A DNA stretch of 64,000 nucleotides from Bacteroidales bacterium (GTDB lineage: Bacteria; Bacteroidota; Bacteroidia; Bacteroidales; UBA1715). The notes under the pieces were generated by a model, which was not told the origin of the DNA, did no database searches, and saw nothing but the letters and a program-made list of their open reading frames with translations. Made by a program: the position numbers and the translations under genes. Location: positions 50,288 to 114,287 of the forward strand of contig JADKDL010000049.1 in NCBI GenBank assembly GCA_016714605.1. The letters are read 5' to 3'. Numbering within the stretch: the first letter of the stretch is position 1; the number at the start of each line of letters is the position of its first letter. This document shows, piece by piece, positions 53,159 through 62,591 of this stretch.

Positions 53159-54220
53159 TTAATCTGCATTTACAGAACAAAAAATTTCTTTACATATTTT
53201 GTCAAGCTCATTTATCCATGCACTATTCCTAAGACCTGTTTGTAAAACTGATTTACTTATGAATTGTTTTGATTCGCTACGTAAAGTAATAAAATCATTT
53301 AATTTTTTTATATACGTCACATACTGACTGTCTGTAAGAACAGATGAAACAACATAATCTATCTCCCTGTCAAGAAACCTAACTTTTTTAAAACTACAAT
53401 CATCCACAAATCTATACGAAGTTATCTTCTCAATTAATAATTTTCTTAACAATTTCAGTTGAGAAGGTTGTATAGTTATTAAATCATTCATTTGGTTTAA
53501 AAACATATTCAAAACTGTTAAGGTATCAGTAGGGTAATACTCATAATAAGTTATGGGACATTTTCTAATTATATTTTTAGCATCATCTAAACAAGTTAAA
53601 TTATTAATTATAAGAGAATCTTTATATTGTTCTTTCTTGTATTTTTCAATTAATTTCTCAACAGATCCATATTTATATTTAATAATAGAATGAAAATCAT
53701 ACAATTGATTATCTTCGAGTTCAATAAAAGTAATTTTAGGATCAATAGATATTAAAGTTTTACGACTAGCTAACTCATGATTAAAAAAATTAAAGAAACA
53801 TATAAAATTGGTATTGAAATTTGTATCTCTTAAAACATCTAAAAATTTATCATTTATAGTATCTTTAATAAATACCCTTGAATGGTAACTATATGCATCT
53901 ACCCTAGTAAGACTTTTAATAATTCTGTTATTATATTTAATAATAACTTCTGCTTTATATTCATTTATCAAAATATGTTCATAAAGAATAAAATCATTAC
54001 TTAAAATATTAGCACTTTTGTCTAATTCCAAAAAAGGAATTATTTCAACAGTATAACTATCATTTATAGATTCATTTTTATTTGTAGATTGTTTTAATTC
54101 ACTCAAAACCTTCTTTTTAAAATTCAAAATATTTTTTTCCAAAATACTTTTATTTTGAGAAAATAGAGTACTACAAAATAGTAAAGAAAAAAAGAAAATG
54201 TGTTTAATTTTATTATTCAT
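53159..54220 (-). CDS. Secreted hypothetical protein (353 aa, orphan-like)
   Basis: Signal peptide MNNKIKHIFFFSLLFCSTLFSQ; long ORF; no motif I recognise. Confidence 0.45.
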   Translation of the reverse strand: MNNKIKHIFFFSLLFCSTLFSQNKSILEKNILNFKKKVLSELKQSTNKNESINDSYTVEIIPFLELDKSANILSNDFILYEHILINEYKAEVIIKYNNRIIKSLTRVDAYSYHSRVFIKDTINDKFLDVLRDTNFNTNFICFFNFFNHELASRKTLISIDPKITFIELEDNQLYDFHSIIKYKYGSVEKLIEKYKKEQYKDSLIINNLTCLDDAKNIIRKCPITYYEYYPTDTLTVLNMFLNQMNDLITIQPSQLKLLRKLLIEKITSYRFVDDCSFKKVRFLDREIDYVVSSVLTDSQYVTYIKKLNDFITLRSESKQFISKSVLQTGLRNSAWINELDKICKEIFCSVNAD

Positions 54221-54451
54221 TTGAGGTATTATTAAAAATAATTATGAACTCACTCGTTTGGCTTTGCTTCCAAAACTAAAATCTGCATTCCATGTCTCAA
54301 ATATAATCAAATTTAGAAACACATTTTAAAGCAGTAAAATCTTTATTTTCCATTTGCATTAAAAACAAAATAACTATTTCAAAAATCATTGAAATAGTTT
54401 ACAATTTTGCTCGACTAAAAGCATATAATTTCAATCAAAAATAAAAACTAA

Positions 54452-54841
54452 ATGTTTACCGTTGAACAAATTATAGCTGCTCATAGCAAAGTAAAATCAG
54501 GTTCAGACTTTCCTGCATATATTAAAGACCTAAAGAAGTTGGGTGTTCTAAATTATGAAGCTTTCGTAACCGATGGACATACAAACTATTTTGGCGAAAA
54601 TGATTATGAAGTTTCGAGTAATCCAAAATATGAAGCATTGAACATATCGATGATTTCAAACATTGAGCAGTTTAAATCGGATATAAAAGCCCATCAACAA
54701 GGAAAAACAAATTACCAGACGTTTTGTAATGATTGTGCAAAATCGGGTGTAGAAAAATGGATTGTTGATATTCAAAAAATGACTTGCACATACTATGATA
54801 AAGTTGGAAACATGCTACTGGCGGAACAAATTCCAAATTAA
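54452..54841 (+). CDS. DUF1398 family protein (YbcV/YdfO-like, prophage-associated family)
   Basis: FPAYIKDLKKLGVLNYEAFVTDGHTNYFG...HQQGKTNYQTFCNDCAKSGVEKWIVDIQKMTCTYYDKVGNMLLAEQIP matches the DUF1398 pattern. Confidence 0.65.
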   Translation: MFTVEQIIAAHSKVKSGSDFPAYIKDLKKLGVLNYEAFVTDGHTNYFGENDYEVSSNPKYEALNISMISNIEQFKSDIKAHQQGKTNYQTFCNDCAKSGVEKWIVDIQKMTCTYYDKVGNMLLAEQIPN

Positions 54842-55732
54842 GAATATTATCTACATTTCTATGATTTTATTATATATTCTCGCAAATAAAAACCAATATG
54901 AAACATTTGTACTAGGTATATGACACACTTGTCGCTAGTAATTGCCTTAAAAACGATATATCTTTGCTTAGAGGTTAACAATAATATGGTTCTGATATTG
55001 AACTAAGTTTGTTTTTTAATGTTATAAGACAAGAATGATTATGGTGTCTTAAATTTTTGGTAGTTGCGGTTGGTATAAATTCGTTTCGTCTTTATACCAA
55101 CCAAGATACCGAAATCAAGCACAAAATATTTACCCTTACCCAACATTACTTTTGCTTAATTTTCAATATCTAATTAAGCCTATAGACAGATCTAAAAGAT
55201 TTTCAAACAAATAAACCTCACACCCCACTTTCATTAACATCTGATTTTCTTATTGAGAAAACATAACTCAAGTAGCTAATAATTAAAGTGTTGGTAACTC
55301 AGAAATTGCTTCAAAAATAAAATTCCACAAATCTAAATATTCTACTGATATGAATATTTATCTATTTTAATCTCTATTCCCAAACAAATAATAAAATTCG
55401 AAGTATAAAAATTTATTGTTTTATATAAAAATTCACACAAAAAATCGTTATCTTTAAGCTGTATAATCGAGGTTGAGGGAAATCTTTAATTGCAATTATT
55501 GTTTAAGAAAATAAATATATTTTTTTTACAAGTTAAACTCGCTGAAATCAAACAATACAGTTGAGTTGAAAAAGGAATTGTAATGTAACGAAATGAAAAA
55601 AAGGTGTTATCTAATAAACATAATTTATTGTATTTGGAGTAAAAAAATAATTGATTGAAATATAAATCAGACAATTATTAATTATCAAAAAAACAGCAAT
55701 TTAAATTGTTGAACAGTAAAATTCTCAAAATC

Positions 55733-57976
55733 ATGCAAACACAGATATTTATCAATTCACTATTTATAGACAAGAATAAAACTTGGAATAACTATTTTGC
55801 AATTACACTTATTACTTGTACTTTTTTCTCAGCTATCTATTCTCAAGCAAACACGGCAAAAACCGGAATGCGCAATATTACATCAGTTCAAATTGTTGCC
55901 GACATGGGAGCCGGCTATAATCTAGGCAATACGTTTGACAGCAAATGCGCCGGTATAGAAGCCGAAATTTGCTGGGACAATCCATATACCACTCAAGCAA
56001 TAATTGATAAAATAGCTACTCGTGGCTTCAAAACACTGAGATTGCCGGTAACATGGGATTTGCACATTGGTGCTGCTCCAAATTATACTATTGATAAAGC
56101 ATGGCTCGATAGAGTTGAAGTTGTGGCAAATTATGCATTCAAAAATGATATGTACGTTATCTTAAACACACACCACGAAGGCGATTGGATAAAACCAACC
56201 TATGCCGACAGTGCTGCTATAAGTAATAAACTATCGAAACTTTGGACACAGATAGCTACTCGTTTTAAAAGCTATGGCGATTATCTTATTTTTGAAACAT
56301 TAAACGAACCAAGGCTAGAGAAATCGGCAGAGGAATGGAACGGTGGCACTTTAGAGGGCAGAAATTGTGTAAATCACTATCATTCCGTTGCACTTAAAGC
56401 AATACGAGCTACAGGTGGTAATAATGCACTCAGACATGTTATGGTAAGTACCTATGCCGCAAGTACCAATCAATTAGCATTCGATGCGTATGTTAGGACA
56501 AATAACGATTCTCGCATTATAGTTTCAATGCACAGCTACTTTCCTTGGTTATTTAGTTTGGAAACAGTCTCTACTTGGGGATCGGCTACCGATATAGCTG
56601 AAATGGATGCACAATTCGACAGAATAGCTAACGCTTTCATTGCCAAAGGATATCCGGTAGTTATGGGCGAATGGGGTGCAAAAAACAACAATAATATTAC
56701 AGACCGCTTAAGACATGCTGCTTATTACGTTAAAAAATGTAAACAAAAAGGTATTTGTCCGGTATATTGGGACAATGGAAAATCTGCCGAATTTGGTCTT
56801 CTCAATAGAACGACGTTAAATTGGGACTTCGGAAATTATGCCGATACCATTATAAACGCATTCAAATACAAGCAATGTACCTCTACAAATCATAAAGCCT
56901 ATATTGCGGTAAATGATGGAGCGTTTCAAAACATAACAGAGGTTACCATTAATAGAGGCGATAATGTTAAGCTAAAAGTTGAATTTACGCCTGCAAATAC
57001 TGCAAAATGGTTTTTACCAAATACAACCACAACTACTTCTGCAAATGAATTGGTTTTATCTAATATTCAATTTGCTAATAATGGAACATACGCCTACGTA
57101 CCTACAAACACGACTACATGCAATAGCAGCACTTCAATGGTAGTAAAATTAAACATTTATCAGGCTGAGGATTTCATTACTCAAAGTGGCATAACTACAG
57201 AAACTACGAGCGATGCAGGAGGCGGGTTAAATACCGGCTATACAGAAAATAACGATTGGAGCACCGATACTATAACTATTCCTAAATCAGGCATTTACAA
57301 TATTTCTGCACGGGTAGCCACAAATACAACCGGAGGTACAATAGAATGTAGTATTGGCGATTCAATACTCGGCTCTATACCCGTTGAGGATGCAAAATCT
57401 AACGGTTGGCAAGATTGGTATACCACAAATCCTACCCAGCTTTTATTAGAGGCTGGTAGTCATGAACTTAAATTCACTTACAAAGGAGCAACGGGTTATT
57501 TATTCAATCTAAATTGGTTCGATATACTTTTTTATCAAGACATTCAAAATATAGAATTAAAAAAAGGATGGAATCTAATTTCTACCTATCTCACTAATAA
57601 TCATATAGATTTTAAAAATAGCTTTCCTAATGCAACAATTATTAAAACCGATAATCAATTCTATTATTCCTCTCAAAGTGATTTTTTGAATACATTAAAA
57701 ACATTAGATTCGGGCAAGGGTTACATATTGTATAATTCTCAAAATGAAACTATAACAGTAGCTGGAATACAAAATCTTAATCAAATCCAGGACTTACAAC
57801 TAGGTTGGAACTTAATTGGAATATCATCAGTTACACCCATACCTGTTTCATCTATTGATAATGTTACTATTATAAAAAACTTCGATGGGTTTTATGAACC
57901 AGGAAATGCAATGAGTACACTAAGCAATTTGGAAACTGGAAAAGCATATTATATATTGAAAAACCCTGAAAATTAA
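55733..57976 (+). CDS. Secreted GH5 endoglucanase/glycanase with CBM6 and an uncharacterised duplicated C-terminal domain
   Basis: GH5: GAGYNLGNTFD, LRLPVTW, ILNTHHE, FETLNEPR (acid/base Glu), MGEWGA (nucleophile Glu). CBM6: YQAEDF...GYTENNDW....I...G.YNISARVA......LNWFDI. The tail carries two GWNLI(S/G)...GK(G/A)Y(I/Y)L units. Confidence 0.85.
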   Translation: MQTQIFINSLFIDKNKTWNNYFAITLITCTFFSAIYSQANTAKTGMRNITSVQIVADMGAGYNLGNTFDSKCAGIEAEICWDNPYTTQAIIDKIATRGFKTLRLPVTWDLHIGAAPNYTIDKAWLDRVEVVANYAFKNDMYVILNTHHEGDWIKPTYADSAAISNKLSKLWTQIATRFKSYGDYLIFETLNEPRLEKSAEEWNGGTLEGRNCVNHYHSVALKAIRATGGNNALRHVMVSTYAASTNQLAFDAYVRTNNDSRIIVSMHSYFPWLFSLETVSTWGSATDIAEMDAQFDRIANAFIAKGYPVVMGEWGAKNNNNITDRLRHAAYYVKKCKQKGICPVYWDNGKSAEFGLLNRTTLNWDFGNYADTIINAFKYKQCTSTNHKAYIAVNDGAFQNITEVTINRGDNVKLKVEFTPANTAKWFLPNTTTTTSANELVLSNIQFANNGTYAYVPTNTTTCNSSTSMVVKLNIYQAEDFITQSGITTETTSDAGGGLNTGYTENNDWSTDTITIPKSGIYNISARVATNTTGGTIECSIGDSILGSIPVEDAKSNGWQDWYTTNPTQLLLEAGSHELKFTYKGATGYLFNLNWFDILFYQDIQNIELKKGWNLISTYLTNNHIDFKNSFPNATIIKTDNQFYYSSQSDFLNTLKTLDSGKGYILYNSQNETITVAGIQNLNQIQDLQLGWNLIGISSVTPIPVSSIDNVTIIKNFDGFYEPGNAMSTLSNLETGKAYYILKNPEN

Positions 57977-58170
57977 TATTTCAAAAATGAAAATTGTTTA
58001 AAGTTCACAAATTAGGCCTTTATCTATTTAATATTGAGCCATTTTTAATTTCAATTAATAGAATAAAGGTTCTCAAATTAAATAAAAATACTTACAAAGA
58101 AATAAAATAGAATTTGTAACTTACTACTTCATTTATTTATTTAAAAAAAACTCTTCAGCTACTCCGGTAA

Positions 58171-61100
58171 ATGAACAATCTAAGATTTACAACTGCAAAT
58201 TCAATTGTATTTTTCAATCGGTGTTTTATACTCTTATTGCTCTTAATTTCTATTTCAAAAAAAACCTCAGCAGTAGAATCAGGATCAATCTTCATTAACT
58301 ACTCTCATGCAGAAGGTTTAACCCATAAATTTATTTACAATATAATAAGAGACTCCGACGGTTTCCTATGGATTGCAACATCGAGCGGCTTAGGCAGATT
58401 TGATAGTTATTCGTTTGAAAATTACATTAATAAAAAACAAAACTCTAACTTTCTAGAAGGAGTTGCTATATATGGAGTTGCAGAAGGAAAAAATGGGAGA
58501 ATTTGGCTCTCAACCGATGCCGGAGTAGGATATTTCAATAAAATTGAAGAGCGTTTCTTCTCTGTGAAAAATGTTCTTTTAAAAGATCATGTATTCAAAA
58601 AAGATATTACCGTAGATGATAAAGGTTTGGTGTGGTTATTTAATCAAAATTTAAAATTTATTGCCTACGACCCTCAACAAGATTCTGTAATACTTCATAT
58701 TCCTGATTATAAAACATGGGGAGTGGACGAAGCCTTTTACATTCATCACTTTTTGGTTGTTGGCGATGATATTTGGATAGCCAGTAACCAAGGAATTGCT
58801 ACCTATAATTATAAGAACAAACAGTTTTCGTTTATTCACAAAACTACACACAATCACTGCCATACAATGCGCAGAGCCGATAATAATACCATTGTAGTTA
58901 CATATATGTTTGATGGTGTATATATTATTGACATAAACAAAAAGAAAACACAATTCATTAGCAAAACGCTTATAGAAGAAAAAATTGGTGCCAATACTTC
59001 ATTATTTGATGCAGTTTTAGAAGCAGACAGTACTTTATGGGTGTCAGTATCGCCAGGCATGGTGAGTATAAAGAATGATAACTTTCAGTATCATTGTTTC
59101 GATTCTCGACAAAATTTTTTCAGTGGCGATGTTGTATCATGCTTATTTCGAGATTTTGAAAATAATTTATGGATAGGAACTTATGGAGATGGCATTTTTT
59201 TAAAGAAAAAAAACAATTCAAAGTTCAATTTCTTTACCAGACTTTATAAGAATGATATAAAGAAAACACATATTTCTGGTCTTACGGTTTTCCCCAATAA
59301 CTCACTTTTATACCGCGACACAAAGGGGGTATATATATGCAATGACTATAAAAAATTAAATATAGACTGTGCGAAACGAATATTTAATGCACCCTCTCCT
59401 AATATGTTCCCCCTTGACAACCGCTATGCTCTTATAAGTGCTGTTGACACCTTCTTTATATTTGATTCCCAAGATAACTCTCTTAAAAGATCATTCATAG
59501 GAACTGCACCTGCTAGTGCATACAGAGATGCATCCGGAATAATTTGGATTGGAACTTGGCATGGTTATATAATAGGATTTGATGCCCAAGGAAATAAAAA
59601 AATAGAAAGAGCTATTGATACTGCTTATAAAACATTTTATGCAGTAACGTCTATATGCGGCGAAAAAGATGGATCGTTGTGGCTAGGAACATCAGGTTTG
59701 GGAGTGATTCATATAACCAATCCGACTCAAAAAAATGCTACTATTGAGTACTATAATAAAAGCGGAAAGGGAAAATACTTTTTAAACTCTTACACTGTTA
59801 ATAGTCTATATATAGATCAATCAGAGAATTTATGGATAGGCACAAATGGAGCCGGATTGATAAAAAGGGATAAAAAAACGAAGCAGATTGAAACGTTTAC
59901 TTCTATTAATGGACTGAAATCAAACATTATAGAATCAATTATTGCCGATAACGACAATAATATATGGTTTTCATCAATAATGATTTCAAAATATGATACG
60001 AAACAAAAGGTTTTTACACACTTTACAAATTTTGACGGAATAAACGGAAATTTTGTAGCCAAAGCTAGTTGCAAAGCTCCAAATGGCGATTTATTATTTG
60101 CAAACACAGAAGGGGTATTTGTTTTCAATCCGAACGAAATAAAAGAAAGAGAAGAGGCTTCAAAGCCTTTGCTTACCAGCTTTCGCATTAGAGGTTCTGT
60201 AGTAAATACAGGCGACACACTAGACGGCTATGTTTTCAATTCTAAATCAATAACATATGCAGAAAAATTTTCATTACCATATTATCTAAATACATTTGCT
60301 ATTGAATTTGCCAGTATCTATTTTCATGAATCTCAAACTATTAATTATGAGTACATGCTAGAAGGTATTGATAACACATGGATTCCGGCAGATACCCGTA
60401 CCCGTTTGGCTTCTTATTCCGGACTGCAAGCCGGCACCTACATCTTCAAGGTAAGAGCCAGTTTTGGAGCAGGAAAATGGAGCGATGTGAGAGTTTTAGT
60501 AATAAAAATAACTCCACCTTGGTGGAAATCTTGGTGGTTTAGAATCTTTGTAATAAGTTTATTTTCAACACTTTCATTTCTATTTTTTGTTTTAAGAACA
60601 AGAAATTTAAAGAAACATAATATTGAACTTGAAAAAATAGTGTCGAAACGTACCCTTGAACTGGAATTGGCAAATAAATCGCTTCAGGAAACAACAAAAA
60701 ATCTCGATATAAAAAACAAAAATCTCGAAGAGCATCAAATGGTTATCGAGATGAAAAACAAAGATTTGCACGATGCTTTAAATACAAAAGATAAACTGAT
60801 AACCATTCTTGGTCACGACTTTAAAAATCCGTTAACCGGCTTACATGGAATAGCAACTTTACTTCAAAAAGAAAGTGAAAAAGCTACATCACCAAAAATA
60901 AAAAAATATTCAGATTACATACTCTCTTCATCAACATCATTAATGAATCAAATGTTGATGTTACTTGACTGGGCGCAAAGTCAGTTTCATTCTCTGCAAT
61001 ACAATCCGGCAGAGGTGAATATTGGAGTTTTACTCAACGATGCAATAAATCTTTTGAGTGAAAATGCTCGACAAAAACAGATTACAATAAGTACCCATTT

Positions 61101-62289
61101 TGAATATTCTACCAATGCTTTTATAGATTCAAGAATGGTAAGCACCGTATTCAGAAATCTGTTGGGTAATGCAATAAAATTCACACCTAGGGGCGGAAAA
61201 ATAATGCTCATGATTCAAGAGTATGAAAACGGTATAAACATTACATTTGTAGATACAGGAATTGGAATAAGTGAAGAAAAACAAGCATTTTTCAAAACAA
61301 GTTCCCTCTATTTTGATAGTACATTCGGAACAGAAAATGAAAAAGGTTCGGGTTTAGGCTTGCAAATATGCAAAACATTTATTGAAAAAAATAAAGGCAC
61401 AATAACTCTGACGAGCAAAGTGGGCGAAGGTACTAGTTTTACAATAACCCTTCCAAAAGGCGAGTCTGAAATTGATGATCAATCAATTGAATATGAAGAC
61501 TCTATAGAAATTAGTGAAATAAATGATACACTTCAAGACAGTAAAGTTTCAATATTAATAATAGATGATGACGAAAGTATTGTAGAATTGCTTAAAACCA
61601 CATTTGAATCAATACATACCGTTATAACTGCAAATAATGGAAAAGAAGGTTTGTACATTGCTCAAAACATGTTACCAAATCTCATTATCAGCGACATAGG
61701 CTTACCTGAAATAAATGGTATTGATATTTGCGAAATACTTAAGAATAATGAATTTACCTGCCACATCCCTATTCTATTAATTACATCAACCGTTGGCGAT
61801 GAAATTCAAAACAAAAGTTTCTTAAGTGGTGCCGACGATTTCATTGCAAAACCGTTTAATGTGTTCGCTCTCAAACACAAGGTAAAATCGCTTCTTGAAA
61901 TGCAAGAAATTATTACTACCAAAACAAAAAAACAATTAGAATCGGAGCGAGTATTCTTATTACCAGAAGATTATGATAATAAAATAATAAAACAAACGCT
62001 TGAATTTATACATAATAATTTATCTGATGAAAATCTAGACACCAATAATATTGCTGATAAGATAGGTGTAAGTCGTTCTCAATTATGGCGGATATTTAAA
62101 AATACCACTGGGAAATCTCTTGGCGATGTGATAAAAGATATAAGAATGCAGAAAGCTATGGAAATGCTGAAAACAGGCAAATACAGAGTATCTGAAGTAG
62201 CTTTTGATGTGGGATATTCTGACGCTCGCTACTTTGCGCGTTGCTTTACAAAAGTTTATGGAAAAAGTCCAACATCATTTATTGAATAG
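58171..62289 (+). CDS. Hybrid two-component system regulator (HTCS): periplasmic beta-propeller/Y_Y_Y sensor, TM helix, HisKA, HATPase, REC and AraC-type HTH
   Basis: Repeated LWIGT/LWLGT propeller motifs; TM helix WWFRIFVISLFSTLSFLFFVL; H-box ILGHDFKNPL; G-boxes DTGIGI and GSGLGL; REC IISDIGLPEING; HTH_AraC tail (VAFDVGYSDARYFARCFTKVYGKSP). Confidence 0.92.
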   Translation: MNNLRFTTANSIVFFNRCFILLLLLISISKKTSAVESGSIFINYSHAEGLTHKFIYNIIRDSDGFLWIATSSGLGRFDSYSFENYINKKQNSNFLEGVAIYGVAEGKNGRIWLSTDAGVGYFNKIEERFFSVKNVLLKDHVFKKDITVDDKGLVWLFNQNLKFIAYDPQQDSVILHIPDYKTWGVDEAFYIHHFLVVGDDIWIASNQGIATYNYKNKQFSFIHKTTHNHCHTMRRADNNTIVVTYMFDGVYIIDINKKKTQFISKTLIEEKIGANTSLFDAVLEADSTLWVSVSPGMVSIKNDNFQYHCFDSRQNFFSGDVVSCLFRDFENNLWIGTYGDGIFLKKKNNSKFNFFTRLYKNDIKKTHISGLTVFPNNSLLYRDTKGVYICNDYKKLNIDCAKRIFNAPSPNMFPLDNRYALISAVDTFFIFDSQDNSLKRSFIGTAPASAYRDASGIIWIGTWHGYIIGFDAQGNKKIERAIDTAYKTFYAVTSICGEKDGSLWLGTSGLGVIHITNPTQKNATIEYYNKSGKGKYFLNSYTVNSLYIDQSENLWIGTNGAGLIKRDKKTKQIETFTSINGLKSNIIESIIADNDNNIWFSSIMISKYDTKQKVFTHFTNFDGINGNFVAKASCKAPNGDLLFANTEGVFVFNPNEIKEREEASKPLLTSFRIRGSVVNTGDTLDGYVFNSKSITYAEKFSLPYYLNTFAIEFASIYFHESQTINYEYMLEGIDNTWIPADTRTRLASYSGLQAGTYIFKVRASFGAGKWSDVRVLVIKITPPWWKSWWFRIFVISLFSTLSFLFFVLRTRNLKKHNIELEKIVSKRTLELELANKSLQETTKNLDIKNKNLEEHQMVIEMKNKDLHDALNTKDKLITILGHDFKNPLTGLHGIATLLQKESEKATSPKIKKYSDYILSSSTSLMNQMLMLLDWAQSQFHSLQYNPAEVNIGVLLNDAINLLSENARQKQITISTHFEYSTNAFIDSRMVSTVFRNLLGNAIKFTPRGGKIMLMIQEYENGINITFVDTGIGISEEKQAFFKTSSLYFDSTFGTENEKGSGLGLQICKTFIEKNKGTITLTSKVGEGTSFTITLPKGESEIDDQSIEYEDSIEISEINDTLQDSKVSILIIDDDESIVELLKTTFESIHTVITANNGKEGLYIAQNMLPNLIISDIGLPEINGIDICEILKNNEFTCHIPILLITSTVGDEIQNKSFLSGADDFIAKPFNVFALKHKVKSLLEMQEIITTKTKKQLESERVFLLPEDYDNKIIKQTLEFIHNNLSDENLDTNNIADKIGVSRSQLWRIFKNTTGKSLGDVIKDIRMQKAMEMLKTGKYRVSEVAFDVGYSDARYFARCFTKVYGKSPTSFIE

Positions 62290-62506
62290 TAATTTTTAAA
62301 AATTTCCGGAATCCAAAAATTAAATTTTATTTATTATAATTCAATACTTTATAAATCCTAATTTATTTTTAGACAAACCGAGAACCTGTTACTATTTTTT
62401 TACTTCCAATAATATTTCTGAATTATGAAGTTCTAAACTTGAATATTTGCAACAAATAGTTCACTTTTATGCAACATTTTAGCTTTTAATACCTCCCATT
62501 ATAGAC

Positions 62507-62514
62507 TAGCTTTG
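62507..62514 (+). promoter_or_regulatory. TAnnTTTG -7 promoter element upstream of the esterase gene
   Basis: TAGCTTTG lies 78 nt upstream of ATG 62592. Confidence 0.4.
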
Positions 62515-62591
62515 TGAAATAAATAATTGTAACTTTCGCAAGCAACAACTCAAAAGAAATAAATCATCTTTTGGTAAACAAAATATTAAAC

